Shown: positions 1-9,372 of the stretch, piece after piece
Layout: every line of letters begins with the position of its first letter
How positions within the stretch are numbered: position 1 is the first letter of the stretch
From: Verrucomicrobiota bacterium
Lineage (GTDB): Bacteria; Verrucomicrobiota; Verrucomicrobiia; Limisphaerales; Palsa-1400
Length of the DNA stretch: 64,000 nt
Direction of reading: 5' to 3'
NCBI GenBank assembly: GCA_049510745.1
Contig: JBEKYR010000023.1
Location: 1-64,000 of the forward strand
The notes under the pieces: generated by a model
Seen by the model: only the letters and a program-made list of their open reading frames with translations
Databases searched by the model: none
What the model was told of the DNA's origin: nothing
Program-made: the position numbers and the translations under genes

Positions 1-296
1 CGAAGCATCATTTGCCTTCGGCGCGCGGCGACGACGTTGTTCACCGTCTGAGCGGAGGGGCAAACCGGGGCGCCCTTGCTCAGCCGATGAACAACGTCGG
101 GGAAGCTATACGAGGATTTGGGGTCATCGCCGGCCTGTGTCGCGCGAAGAAAAAAAGTGGTTGGTTTCACTCAGTTTTACTCAGTTTTGGTGGGTCCAAG
201 GCCGGCTCCTGGGCGGCTTGGAGGAGGAGTTTTGTTGGAGGCACCCCGGCCGGTTGCCGATTTCCCGCTCCGCATATTGGCGCTTTAGCGTCATGC

Positions 297-356
297 TGTT
301 ATCCAATAACACATATTACGGGATGACGTCAAGCGATTATATGTTATTAAATAACA
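297..356. promoter_or_regulatory. Pair of 15-bp palindromic operator-like sites around a putative minus-strand sigma70 promoter
   Basis: TGTTATCCAATAACA (297-311) and TGTTATTAAATAACA (342-356) in an AT-rich patch; TTGACG on the minus strand between them. Confidence 0.5.
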
Positions 357-408
357 ATTTTCAAAATGGACCCCGAAAGGGCTGAAGAAGGGGACGGAAA
401 GGACGGGG

Positions 409-429
409 GATTACGATTACGATTACGAT
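409..429. repeat. (GATTAC)3 tandem hexamer downstream of the DGQHR gene
   Basis: gattacgattacgattacgat; reverse complement of the taatcgtaatcgtaatc tract at 1742-1758. Confidence 0.85.
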
Positions 430-515
430 GAGGAAAAGGACGGATGGGACGGACGGTTGACCTTCCGGCCGGCAGAGCGCCCCAGGTTCCAAACCGCATC
501 CTCAATTATTTCAAA

Positions 516-1652
516 TCAGGACACTCCCTTGGCCGAGGACCGCGGCGCGATGCCGGCCAGGCGGCAAAGCTCGCGGTGAATCCGCGCCACGCGCTCGACC
601 TGGCCCTTGGCCGGGAATCGTTCGTAGAATCCTTCGTTGCGGAAGTTGCGCGCCTGCTCGTTCCACGGCGAAAGCCGCCCGCGCCAACGCTCGACCCGGC
701 CTTCCTCAGGCTCAGTGTCGGCCGCGGAAAGGTCCGCGCAGACCCGCACCATCGCCTTGAGCGTGACCGGCTTGGTCACCATGAAGGCGGGGTCACCCCA
801 GGCCGCGCCCCAGGCGGCCGCCGCCGCTTTGAAGAAATCCCGCGCGACCGCGTAGTAACGGGCGGCCAGGCGTTTGTCCGCCCCTTCTTTCTCGATCCGG
901 CTCCAGGCCTGGCGGGTCCAGCGATGAATCTCGTTGAACAGTTCGGCCTGCAAAATCCACTTCTCCTGTTTGCTCCGCCCGCCCAGGCGGTTGATGCGGT
1001 AGCGCAAGGGGCTGTCGGACTGGCTGTAAAGCATCTCGGAAATGTGCGCCGCAAAACGGCGGTCCGGCTCGGCCCACGAAACCCGCTCGTAGAGATCGAC
1101 CAGGTGGCTCTTGTTGATGCGGGTGGTCGTCGAGTTGATGATGACGAACATCTCGGTGGCGAAGTCCTCGCTCCGGCCGTCAAAAATGACGCACGGCACG
1201 GCGATGTTGCCGGCGTCGTCGGGATGGGTGCGCATGAAGAACTGCAACGCGGCCAGGCGGTGCTGGCCGTCGATGATGAGGAATTTTTCCTCCGGCTCCT
1301 GCAAGCGGCCCACGCCCGAGCCGTCCGTCCAAGGCTCGAACCGGAGCTTTTGCGGGGTGAAGAGCAGGACGGTGCCGGGAATGGGCGGCTGGCTGATGGC
1401 GGTTTCGTAGAAGTTGCGGATGGCGCGCACCTTGGCCCGGCCCAACTCGCGTTGGAAGGCCTTGTCGCTGCGCTCGATCCGGGCGATGAACTGGGCGACG
1501 TCGTCCTGTTCCTCGAGCTGTTCGGGTTGGATTTGCCCGCCCTCCTCGTCGTAATAGCGGCTGATGAAGCGGACGGAGTCGAGCAATTTTTGCGACGGGT
1601 AGGCGGCGAAATAAAAAAGAGCGTCCTTTTGGCGAATTTGTGTTGCGATCAT
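516..1652 (-). CDS. DGQHR/DndB-like domain protein (ParB/Srx superfamily)
   Basis: IIDGQHRLAAL motif and EMFVIINST; start set at MIATQIRQ because the longer ORF runs through repeat-derived sequence. Confidence 0.85.
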   Translation of the reverse strand: MIATQIRQKDALFYFAAYPSQKLLDSVRFISRYYDEEGGQIQPEQLEEQDDVAQFIARIERSDKAFQRELGRAKVRAIRNFYETAISQPPIPGTVLLFTPQKLRFEPWTDGSGVGRLQEPEEKFLIIDGQHRLAALQFFMRTHPDDAGNIAVPCVIFDGRSEDFATEMFVIINSTTTRINKSHLVDLYERVSWAEPDRRFAAHISEMLYSQSDSPLRYRINRLGGRSKQEKWILQAELFNEIHRWTRQAWSRIEKEGADKRLAARYYAVARDFFKAAAAAWGAAWGDPAFMVTKPVTLKAMVRVCADLSAADTEPEEGRVERWRGRLSPWNEQARNFRNEGFYERFPAKGQVERVARIHRELCRLAGIAPRSSAKGVS

Positions 1653-1739
1653 AAGAATGAGATGCGCTCGCAGCGCGTAACCGGAGCTTAAGGATTCAAT
1701 TCCATGATTGCAAGCCCTGGAATTGAAAACGTTTTCTTT

Positions 1740-1817
1740 CTTAATCGTAATCGTAATCTTGCTCTTAATCCGAATGCAGGAGGGCGAAGAGATTAAGATT
1801 AGGAGCAAGATTAAGAG
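1740..1817. repeat. Intergenic inverted repeat made of hexamer tracts
   Basis: Left arm cttaatcgtaatcgtaatcttgctcttaatc, right arm gattaagattaggagcaagattaagag. Confidence 0.8.
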
Positions 1818-1875
1818 GGGAACCCAAGAATCTGTAATGCACCCGGAAGTCCGCATGGATGCGGCTAAGGGGCTG

Positions 1876-2643
1876 TTACTTGGCGATTCCCCTCTCGCTC
1901 GCGCGCACAAATTCCACCAGGCGCCGGACCTCGGCCAGGGGCGGCAATTCGCTTTCGATCTTTGCGAGGGCGTTCGCCTGGGTCAACCCGCCGCGAAAGA
2001 GGATTCGATGGGCCTGCTTGAGGGCGGCTTGCGCTTCCGCCGAAACGCCGTTGCGCTCCAGCCCCACTTTGTTGAGCGCGCGCGTGCGGGCCGGGTTGCC
2101 GTCGGCCATCATGTAGGGCGGCACGTCCTGCACCACTTTCGAGCAGCCGCCGATGAGCGACATCGTCCCGACCCGGCAAAATTGATGCACCGCCGCCAGC
2201 CCGCCGATGACCGCCCGGTCCTCCACCACGATGTGCCCGGCCAGCGTCGCCACGTTGGACATGATGATGTAATCGCCCAGGGTGACATTATGCGCGATGT
2301 GGCAATAGGCCAGGAGGTGGTTGTGCGATCCGACCGTCGTGACCTCCCCCTCGCCCGTGGCGCTGTGGATGGTGACGTATTCGCGGAATGTATTGTGGCT
2401 GCCGATGAGCGTCCGCGTGACGCCCCCCTTCCATTTCAAATCCTGCGTTTTCAACCCGATGCAGGCGAAGGGAAAAATCTCGTTGTCATCGCCCAGGGTG
2501 GTGTGGCCGTCGATGACCACGTGCGAATGCAGCCGGCACTCCTTGCCCAGCGTGACATTCTCCCCGATCACGCAATACGGCCCGATCACACAACCGGCGC
2601 CAATTTGCGCTTTGGGATGAACCACCGCCGTCGGAGCAATCAT
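1876..2643 (-). CDS. lpxA: UDP-N-acetylglucosamine O-acyltransferase
   Basis: Hexapeptide repeats, TQDLKWKG, FREYVTIH, HIAHN, VHQFCRVG; follows fabZ. Confidence 0.97.
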   Translation of the reverse strand: MIAPTAVVHPKAQIGAGCVIGPYCVIGENVTLGKECRLHSHVVIDGHTTLGDDNEIFPFACIGLKTQDLKWKGGVTRTLIGSHNTFREYVTIHSATGEGEVTTVGSHNHLLAYCHIAHNVTLGDYIIMSNVATLAGHIVVEDRAVIGGLAAVHQFCRVGTMSLIGGCSKVVQDVPPYMMADGNPARTRALNKVGLERNGVSAEAQAALKQAHRILFRGGLTQANALAKIESELPPLAEVRRLVEFVRASERGIAK

Positions 2644-2666
2644 AAAAACCGTAACAACATTGAACT

Positions 2667-4016
2667 TTAAACTCGATCGAAGAGCATAAACGTCACTTCC
2701 GCCTCGCTCACCGTCTCGCCGTTGACCAGACAGGTGCCCTTGGCCTTGCCGACTTTGCCCCGCGACTTGGTCAATTCCACGTCGATGATCATCGTGTCCC
2801 CCGGCCGCACCGGCTTGCGCCAGCGCACGCTCTCGGCCGACATGAAATAGGCCAGCTTGCCGAAGTTGTCCGCCTGCCGCAGCATCATCAAGCCCGCCAC
2901 CTGCGCAATGGCCTCCAATTGCAGCACCCCCGGCATGATCGGGTGATTGGGAAAATGCCCCTGAAAATAAGGCTCGTTCGCCGTCACATTCTTGAGGCCG
3001 ACGATTCTGGCCCCGTCGATCTTGATGATTTTATCGACCATTAAAAACGGGTAGCGATGCGGCAAAATCTTCATCAACCGCGCCGTGTCCAGTTCATCCC
3101 CGTCGCGCAACGGCGCCGCTTCCCCCTCCGGCTTGGCGGCGGGCGGCGGCGGCGGCGGGGCGAAACTGCGCGCCGCGTCGAGCGGCTGGCGCATCTGCTG
3201 CGTGATCTGGCGCGCCACCTCGCAATTGGCCGCGTGACTGGGCTTGACCGCGATGACGTGCGCCGCAATCGGGCAGCCCACCAGCGCCAAATCGCCGATG
3301 ATGTCCAAAATCTTGTGCCGGACGAACTCCTCCGGATAGCGCAGCGGCTCCGTCGTCAGAATGGCGTCGTCGCGGATCACGACGGCGTTTTCCAGGCTGC
3401 CGCCCTTGATCAGGCCGCTCTTGATGAGATACTCGATCTCCTCGAAAAAACAAAACGTGCGGGCGTCGGCCAGCTCCCGTTCCCACGTCTCCGGCGTCAC
3501 CTCGACGCTGAAGAACTGGGTGAAGCGCCCCTTGGCATCGGCGCTCGTGCAAGTGATTTTGAAGCCGTCGTGCGGAAACACCGAAATGCTCGTCTCGTCC
3601 TTCTCGAAGAGGATGGGCGTTTGAACGCGGAAAACCTCGCGCGGCTCATCCTGGGGCGCCACGCCCGCCGCGTGAATCATCTTGACATACTCGCGCGCGC
3701 TGCCGTCGGCAATCGGCGGCTCATTGGCGTCCAGTTCCACGACGGCGTTGTCGATGCCGCGGCCGGCCAGCGCGGCCAGGACATGCTCGACGGTGTGGAT
3801 TTTGGCGTTGCCCTTGGCCAGGGAAGTGGAGCGGTTGGTGGCGCTGAGGAAATCGACGCTGGCCTCGATCTCCGGTTTGCCTTCGAGATCGGCGCGGCGG
3901 AAGCGGAGGCCGGAATTGGGGGGCGCCGGGAGGAAAGTCATATTGACGCGGGCGCCGGAATGGAGGCCGGCGCCCGAGAAACTCGCAGGCTGCCGCAGAG
4001 TTTGTTGGTACAGCAC
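2667..4016 (-). CDS. lpxC-fabZ: Bifunctional LpxC deacetylase / FabZ dehydratase fusion
   Basis: GLHSG, TVEHVLAAL and RHKILDIIGDL (LpxC); LPHRYPFLMVD and GHFPNHPIMPGVL (FabZ); GTG start approximate. Confidence 0.96.
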   Translation of the reverse strand: MLYQQTLRQPASFSGAGLHSGARVNMTFLPAPPNSGLRFRRADLEGKPEIEASVDFLSATNRSTSLAKGNAKIHTVEHVLAALAGRGIDNAVVELDANEPPIADGSAREYVKMIHAAGVAPQDEPREVFRVQTPILFEKDETSISVFPHDGFKITCTSADAKGRFTQFFSVEVTPETWERELADARTFCFFEEIEYLIKSGLIKGGSLENAVVIRDDAILTTEPLRYPEEFVRHKILDIIGDLALVGCPIAAHVIAVKPSHAANCEVARQITQQMRQPLDAARSFAPPPPPPAAKPEGEAAPLRDGDELDTARLMKILPHRYPFLMVDKIIKIDGARIVGLKNVTANEPYFQGHFPNHPIMPGVLQLEAIAQVAGLMMLRQADNFGKLAYFMSAESVRWRKPVRPGDTMIIDVELTKSRGKVGKAKGTCLVNGETVSEAEVTFMLFDRV

Positions 4017-4134
4017 GGTCGGAATTAAACCCCCCGCCCCCGCCGTTGGCAAGATTTAGCGCAGGGCGTCCCCTGAGCTGGACAAAAATTTTGTGGCAGG
4101 AAAAGAAAAGGGGGCTACTATCGGGCTGGCCATT

Positions 4135-7100
4135 ATGCCGGAACGGGACAATCGCACGAACGAAGTAACCTTTTGCAGCCGCGTCTCAAAATGGGCGGAT
4201 GCAATCTTTCAGAGCACGCCGGCGTTGCCATTCAGCCGCACAGAGATTGAAGAATCCGAAAAAACCAGACGGAAGCGTTCTGATCTGCGCGTTTACGGAA
4301 AAACCAATGAAGTAATTCTAGCCGGGGAAGTCAAGCTGCCGGGAACGCCCGAAGGCCGCAACGCCTACAATTCGGACTTGGTTGAGGACTCCTACAATAA
4401 AGCGTCACAGCTCGGAGCGGAATTCTTTTTCACCTGGAATGTCAACAAGTTCGTTCTTTTCGATGCCAAGCAATGGCGGAAGCCGATCATGGAGCGAAGG
4501 GTCAGGGATTATGACCTTGGCCTCAATCTTGACAATCCCGACGACGTTTCCCGCGCGGAGGTGGAAAAGAGGATTCAGGAGTTTCTTGGCGAGGTTTTTA
4601 CCGACTTGCAGGCCATCCTTGAAGGCAAAAAGCCGGATTGGGGCATGGCGCCCGACGAGTTTTTCATTCGCGCTTTTGAAAGCCATATTTCCTGGCCGGT
4701 CAAACTCACGGCCGAATTTCTGTGGGACAAATCAGCCGACGGAAGAAAGTTCGACGCATTTTTGCAGGAATGGATGAGGGACGATCAGGGCTGGGCGGTC
4801 ATGCACAACGACCCCAAAGAGTGGCGAATGCTGATTGACCGCGCCGCGCGCACGCTCTGTTATGTTTTTGCCAACCGCCTGCTCTTTTACGAATCCGTCC
4901 GCACAAAGTTTGGCGAATTGAGGGAGCCGCACGTTCCCACAAAGGCCGGTTCCGCCGACGAACTCTATCTGCATTTTCAGAAGATGTTTCAAAAAGCCGT
5001 TGACGCCACGGGCGACTACGAAACGCTGTTTTATCCGGCGGAAAAGGATTGGGCGGGGCCGCTGATATTCGGCCATGAACATTCGATAGACGCGTGGCGG
5101 TCCGTACTCGAAAACCTTCGTCCGTTTAACTTCCGAGAAATCCGCACGGACATTTTGGGTGGCATTTTTAAGCGGCTGATTGAACCGGAGGAACGGCACA
5201 AATTCGGCCAGCATTACACCAACGAAGACCTGGTGGATGTGATCAATGCCTTTTGCATTCGCAAGGCGGAAGACACGGTTCTTGACCCGGCCTGCGGCTC
5301 CGGCAGCTTTCTTGTGCGCGCTTATCATCGCAAGGCCTGGCTCGACAGCGATAAACGCCTGACACATCCGGGCGTTTCTCATCAGGACCGGCTTGCCCAA
5401 ATCTACGGAGCGGACATTTCCCTTTTTGCGGCTCATTTGTCCACGCTCAATCTGGCCGCGCGAGAGATTAACGACGAGGAAAACTATCCGCGCATCGCCC
5501 GCCGGAATTTCTTTGAAGTCCGCGCCAAACAGCCGTTTTGCCAATTGCCGCAAGGTTTGCGCGGCGAGAAGAAAACCGTCCCGATTCTTCTCCCGCCGCT
5601 CAACGCCGTTGTCGGCAATCCGCCTTACGTGCGACAGGAATTGATCCCCCGGCGCAACGACAAACCCAAACCAAAGGTGATGCAAGCCAAAGAGGACTTG
5701 CTCGAATTGTGCGGCGAACTTTGGCCGGGCTTGGAACTCAGCGGGCGAAGCGATCTCCACTGCTACTTCTGGCCGGCCGCCACGCATCTTTTAACCAAAG
5801 ACGGCTGGTTTGGCTTTCTCGTTTCATCTAGTTGGCTTGATGTCGAATACGGCTTCGCCTTGCAGGCGTGGATTCTCACCCATTTCAAGATACACGCGAT
5901 TTTGGAAAGCAACGCCGAGCCGTGGTTTGAAGATGCCCGCGTCAAGACTTGCGCGGTGGTTCTGCAAAAGTGCGACGATCCCGCCGAGCGCAACGCCCAA
6001 CGGGTAAAGTTCGTTCGCCTGGACGTTCCCCTTGCCGAAATTCTGGGTGAGCGCAAAGACGAGAACTCCCGGCAGGAAGCGGCGGAAAAATTCCGCGAAA
6101 TAATTCTGCGCTGCAAAGAGAACAAAGCGCGCGACGGTTTCCGAATCGTTGTAAGAGGGCAAAAGGACCTCTGGGACGACGGTTTGCGGGCGGGCCGATT
6201 GTTTCAATTGCAGAAACAACGCGATTTGGCGGAAGGCATCAGCAGCGTCAATCTGGCGGGAAGCGATGACGAGGCCGGCGACGACAACGGCGTGTATGAT
6301 GAAAACGGCAACGGCATCCTGCACGATGAAGGCGGCATCGGCTACGGCGTGAAATACGGCGGCGGCAAATGGGGCAAGTATATCCGCGCGCCAAATCTTT
6401 ATTTTCAAATCATGGAGCGTTGCGCCAGCCGCTTCGTGCCGCTGGGCGAAATCGCCACGATTCGTTTTGGCGTCAAGAGCGGATGCGATGCCTTTTTCAT
6501 GCCGTGTGATGTTTCGCAAAGGTTTTTGGAGGATTATTCAAAACTGGAGTGGAACGATGCGCCGTTGCATACGCATTGTAAACGGGCGGAAGTCGAATCT
6601 GGAGAAGTGAAATTAATGGAAGCGGGTGACGGCACAGTACATCCGGTGGAAGCTGAATATTTCAAACCGGAACTGCACAGCATGATGACAATTCACCGAC
6701 CCATAGTGGAAGCTGGCGATGTGGAATCTCGCGTCTTGATGGTGAGCAAGGCAAAAGAGGAACTCAAGGGCAGCTATGTTTTGAAGTATTTGCGTTATGG
6801 TGAAACCAACAGCGTCACAACCAACAAAAAAACCAGTGCTTTAACAGTCTCAAAACGAGCAACCTGCGCTAACCGCAACCCATGGTATGATTTGACCTAT
6901 ACCAAGCCGGGCCAATTGATTTGGGCCAAGGGCCAGCAATACCGTCACGTTGTCGTTTTCAACAAAAGCAAGCTAGCGGCTAATTGCCGTCTTTACGATG
7001 TTAGTCTTGTCGATGGGTTGGAGGATTTCGCCGAAATTGTCGCAGCGATTGCGAATTCCACACTGGTTGCCTATTTCAAAACGTTTTACGGGCGCTACAC

Positions 7101-8010
7101 TGGCACGGAAGGGAGTTTTGAAATGATGGTGATTGATTTGAATCTGCTGGAAATCCCCGACCCGCGCCACGTCACCAAAGCTGTCGCCAGGAAATTGCAG
7201 GACGCTTTCGATCACCTTTCGCAGCGCGACACGCAACCGATGGTCGAGGGAGCGTTCATGGAATGTCGTTCGTCCGCGCGCATCAAAAAGCTGGCGGAAA
7301 GGCCGGTTGATTTGCCCTGTGAATTGAAGATGCCTGACCGTCGCGCGCTTGACTTGGCGGTGTTTGAATTGCTCGGCGTGAACGAGGCAGTGGAACGTGA
7401 GAAGCTTTGCGACGAGTTATATTACGAAACGGCAAAGCATTTTCGGCAAATCCGAATCGTCGAAGTTCAAAAGCAGGAGCAACGCGGCAAAAGCGACGGC
7501 AGGGAATTCCGCACTGATGAGTTGGCCGCCGATTTGTGGGACAGTCTGCCGGATGAAGACAAGAAACCGCTCCTGGAATGGATTACCCTCCAAGTTAGCG
7601 ATGGGTTGCCGGTGAACATTCCCGAAGGCCACGCCAGCCTGCCCGACGCGAATGATTTCTTGGACGCGAACACGGTTTTCTTCCGTCAGTCTCAGGGAGG
7701 CAAGACCGTTGGGCAACCCGTTCCCTTGCCCAGCCGCGCGCACGCGGAAACGGTGTATTTGCTGACGCAGCACGGTATTCATGGAGCGTTGCCGCTGCCG
7801 AAAACAGAAAAGGCTGCCAAGGAATTGCAAGCGCAGATCACAAAGCGGCTTGCCGCGCTCGCCGCGACTGCGAAGGAACTTTCTGGCAGCCGCACGAGTG
7901 ACGAAAGGACAGGAATGGAACTCGCCCGCCTTCTCCAGTTTTGGATGGTGCATGGCAAGCCTCACAAAGGAGAGAAACAACATCATCCGGCCGGGCGGGT
8001 TGAGGATTGA
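4135..8010 (+). CDS. Fused type IIG-like restriction-modification enzyme (N6-adenine MTase with N-terminal PD-(D/E)xK nuclease and TRD)
   Basis: GQHYT, LDPACGSGSFL (motif I), VVGNPPY (motif IV), N-terminal RSDL...AGEVKLP; about 1290 aa. Confidence 0.88.
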   Translation: MPERDNRTNEVTFCSRVSKWADAIFQSTPALPFSRTEIEESEKTRRKRSDLRVYGKTNEVILAGEVKLPGTPEGRNAYNSDLVEDSYNKASQLGAEFFFTWNVNKFVLFDAKQWRKPIMERRVRDYDLGLNLDNPDDVSRAEVEKRIQEFLGEVFTDLQAILEGKKPDWGMAPDEFFIRAFESHISWPVKLTAEFLWDKSADGRKFDAFLQEWMRDDQGWAVMHNDPKEWRMLIDRAARTLCYVFANRLLFYESVRTKFGELREPHVPTKAGSADELYLHFQKMFQKAVDATGDYETLFYPAEKDWAGPLIFGHEHSIDAWRSVLENLRPFNFREIRTDILGGIFKRLIEPEERHKFGQHYTNEDLVDVINAFCIRKAEDTVLDPACGSGSFLVRAYHRKAWLDSDKRLTHPGVSHQDRLAQIYGADISLFAAHLSTLNLAAREINDEENYPRIARRNFFEVRAKQPFCQLPQGLRGEKKTVPILLPPLNAVVGNPPYVRQELIPRRNDKPKPKVMQAKEDLLELCGELWPGLELSGRSDLHCYFWPAATHLLTKDGWFGFLVSSSWLDVEYGFALQAWILTHFKIHAILESNAEPWFEDARVKTCAVVLQKCDDPAERNAQRVKFVRLDVPLAEILGERKDENSRQEAAEKFREIILRCKENKARDGFRIVVRGQKDLWDDGLRAGRLFQLQKQRDLAEGISSVNLAGSDDEAGDDNGVYDENGNGILHDEGGIGYGVKYGGGKWGKYIRAPNLYFQIMERCASRFVPLGEIATIRFGVKSGCDAFFMPCDVSQRFLEDYSKLEWNDAPLHTHCKRAEVESGEVKLMEAGDGTVHPVEAEYFKPELHSMMTIHRPIVEAGDVESRVLMVSKAKEELKGSYVLKYLRYGETNSVTTNKKTSALTVSKRATCANRNPWYDLTYTKPGQLIWAKGQQYRHVVVFNKSKLAANCRLYDVSLVDGLEDFAEIVAAIANSTLVAYFKTFYGRYTGTEGSFEMMVIDLNLLEIPDPRHVTKAVARKLQDAFDHLSQRDTQPMVEGAFMECRSSARIKKLAERPVDLPCELKMPDRRALDLAVFELLGVNEAVEREKLCDELYYETAKHFRQIRIVEVQKQEQRGKSDGREFRTDELAADLWDSLPDEDKKPLLEWITLQVSDGLPVNIPEGHASLPDANDFLDANTVFFRQSQGGKTVGQPVPLPSRAHAETVYLLTQHGIHGALPLPKTEKAAKELQAQITKRLAALAATAKELSGSRTSDERTGMELARLLQFWMVHGKPHKGEKQHHPAGRVED

Positions 8011-8045
8011 GGCTCATGGCAGAGCACCGTGAATTGGGTTCACAT

Positions 8046-8780
8046 CTAGACCAGGCCGAAGCGGCGGTGGCGCTGGGTGTATTCTTCCAGGGCTTCGAAA
8101 AACTGGGGTTTGCGGAAATCGGGCCAGAGGGTCGGGGTCACGACCAGCTCGGCGTAGGAGATTTGCCAGAGCAGGAAATTGCTGATGCGCATCTCTCCGC
8201 TGGTGCGGATGAGTAGGTCGGGGTCGGGATACGGGCTGGTGTAGAGATGCTGGGAGACGAGTTGTTCGTTGATTTCGGCCGGCTCCAATTGGCCGTCCTT
8301 GACTTTTTGCGCGATGGCGCGGGCGGCTTCGATGATCTCGGTGCGGCCCCCGTAACTGAGGGCCAGAATCAGGGTCAGGCCGCTGTTGCGGGCCAGCGCG
8401 GCTTTGCTTTTGCGGAGTTGTTCCTGGACGAATTCGGGCAGGCGGTAAATCTGGCCGATGGCTTCGAGGCGGACGTTGTTGCGGTTCAACTCGGCGATTT
8501 CAGATTTGAGGAAGCGCGCCAGGTATTGCATGAGCGTCTCGACTTCCTCCTTGGGGCGGTTCCAGTTTTCGACGGAGAAGGCGTAAAGTGTCAAGTACTT
8601 GACGCCGACTTCGCCGGCGGCGCGCACGACGGCGCGGACGGATTCGACGCCGTTGCGGTGGCCCTCGACGCGGGGCAAATGGCGCTGCTTGGCCCAGCGT
8701 CCGTTGCCGTCCATGATGATGGCCACGTGGGTGGGGACGGTGGCTTTGGCTTGGGGACTTAATGTGCCGCGGGGGTTCAC
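8046..8780 (-). CDS. uppS: Undecaprenyl diphosphate synthase
   Basis: HVAIIMDGNGRWA, FSVENWNRP, IRTSGEMRISNFLLWQ. Confidence 0.97.
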   Translation of the reverse strand: MNPRGTLSPQAKATVPTHVAIIMDGNGRWAKQRHLPRVEGHRNGVESVRAVVRAAGEVGVKYLTLYAFSVENWNRPKEEVETLMQYLARFLKSEIAELNRNNVRLEAIGQIYRLPEFVQEQLRKSKAALARNSGLTLILALSYGGRTEIIEAARAIAQKVKDGQLEPAEINEQLVSQHLYTSPYPDPDLLIRTSGEMRISNFLLWQISYAELVVTPTLWPDFRKPQFFEALEEYTQRHRRFGLV

Positions 8781-8828
8781 AGGTCAAAGGGGGCCGGCCA
8801 GGCGCGGCCGGGCCGGGGGGCGGGCGCG

Positions 8829-9101
8829 TTATTCGTTTTTCTCCTTTTTGGGACGCCGTTCCAAACCGACGGAGTGGGCGATGTCATCGAATTCTTCGCG
8901 GCTGATCTCCTCCAGGCGCTTGCCCTTGGCGTTGAGTTTCTCGTTGATCTTGAGGGCTTTCTCGGTCATGGCATCGTGGGTTTCGCGGGTGCCGCCGACG
9001 AGGGCGAAATTGGGGCCGGTGGTCAGCCGTTTATGGCCATCGGAATCCAGGCCGACTCCCAGCATCAGGGCTTTTCTTTTCTTTTTCGGCTCGCCTGCCA
9101 T
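8829..9101 (-). CDS. Small conserved hypothetical protein
   Basis: MAGEPKKKRKALMLGVGLDSDGHKRLTTG; host-like codon usage, co-oriented with uppS. Confidence 0.75.
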   Translation of the reverse strand: MAGEPKKKRKALMLGVGLDSDGHKRLTTGPNFALVGGTRETHDAMTEKALKINEKLNAKGKRLEEISREEFDDIAHSVGLERRPKKEKNE

Positions 9102-9176
9102 GCGATGACGGTAGGCGTTCCGGGAGCGGTTTCCAAGCTGAAAAAGCAACGCGGACCCCGCACCCAAACCCAGGAA

Positions 9177-9308
9177 GAATGACGAATGTCCAAGCTCGAA
9201 TGACGAAATAATGACGAATGACGAATGACGAAACTCATGCCCGACCACCTTTTCGTCATTGGGTCATTTGAACATTCCTTAGTCATTAGTGCTTCGTCAT
9301 TAGTCATT
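9177..9308. repeat. Intergenic palindromic element of GAATGAC / GTCATT heptamer arms
   Basis: Left arm (gaatgac)n, right arm (gtcatt)n; 25 bp at 9185-9209 identical to 36604-36628. Confidence 0.9.
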
Positions 9309-9372
9309 TTCCCCGCTGGATCGACGCTTGCCATCCAGCGGCGCCGATGAGTGTCAAAAAATCGATGTGCGC

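Noticed and set aside
12..385. ORFs 12-326 and 137-385
   Set aside because: No recognisable motifs; they run through an AT-rich promoter/operator region
1653..1910. Hydrophobic N-terminal extension of the DGQHR ORF
   Set aside because: It is a translation of the hexamer inverted repeat and overlaps lpxA
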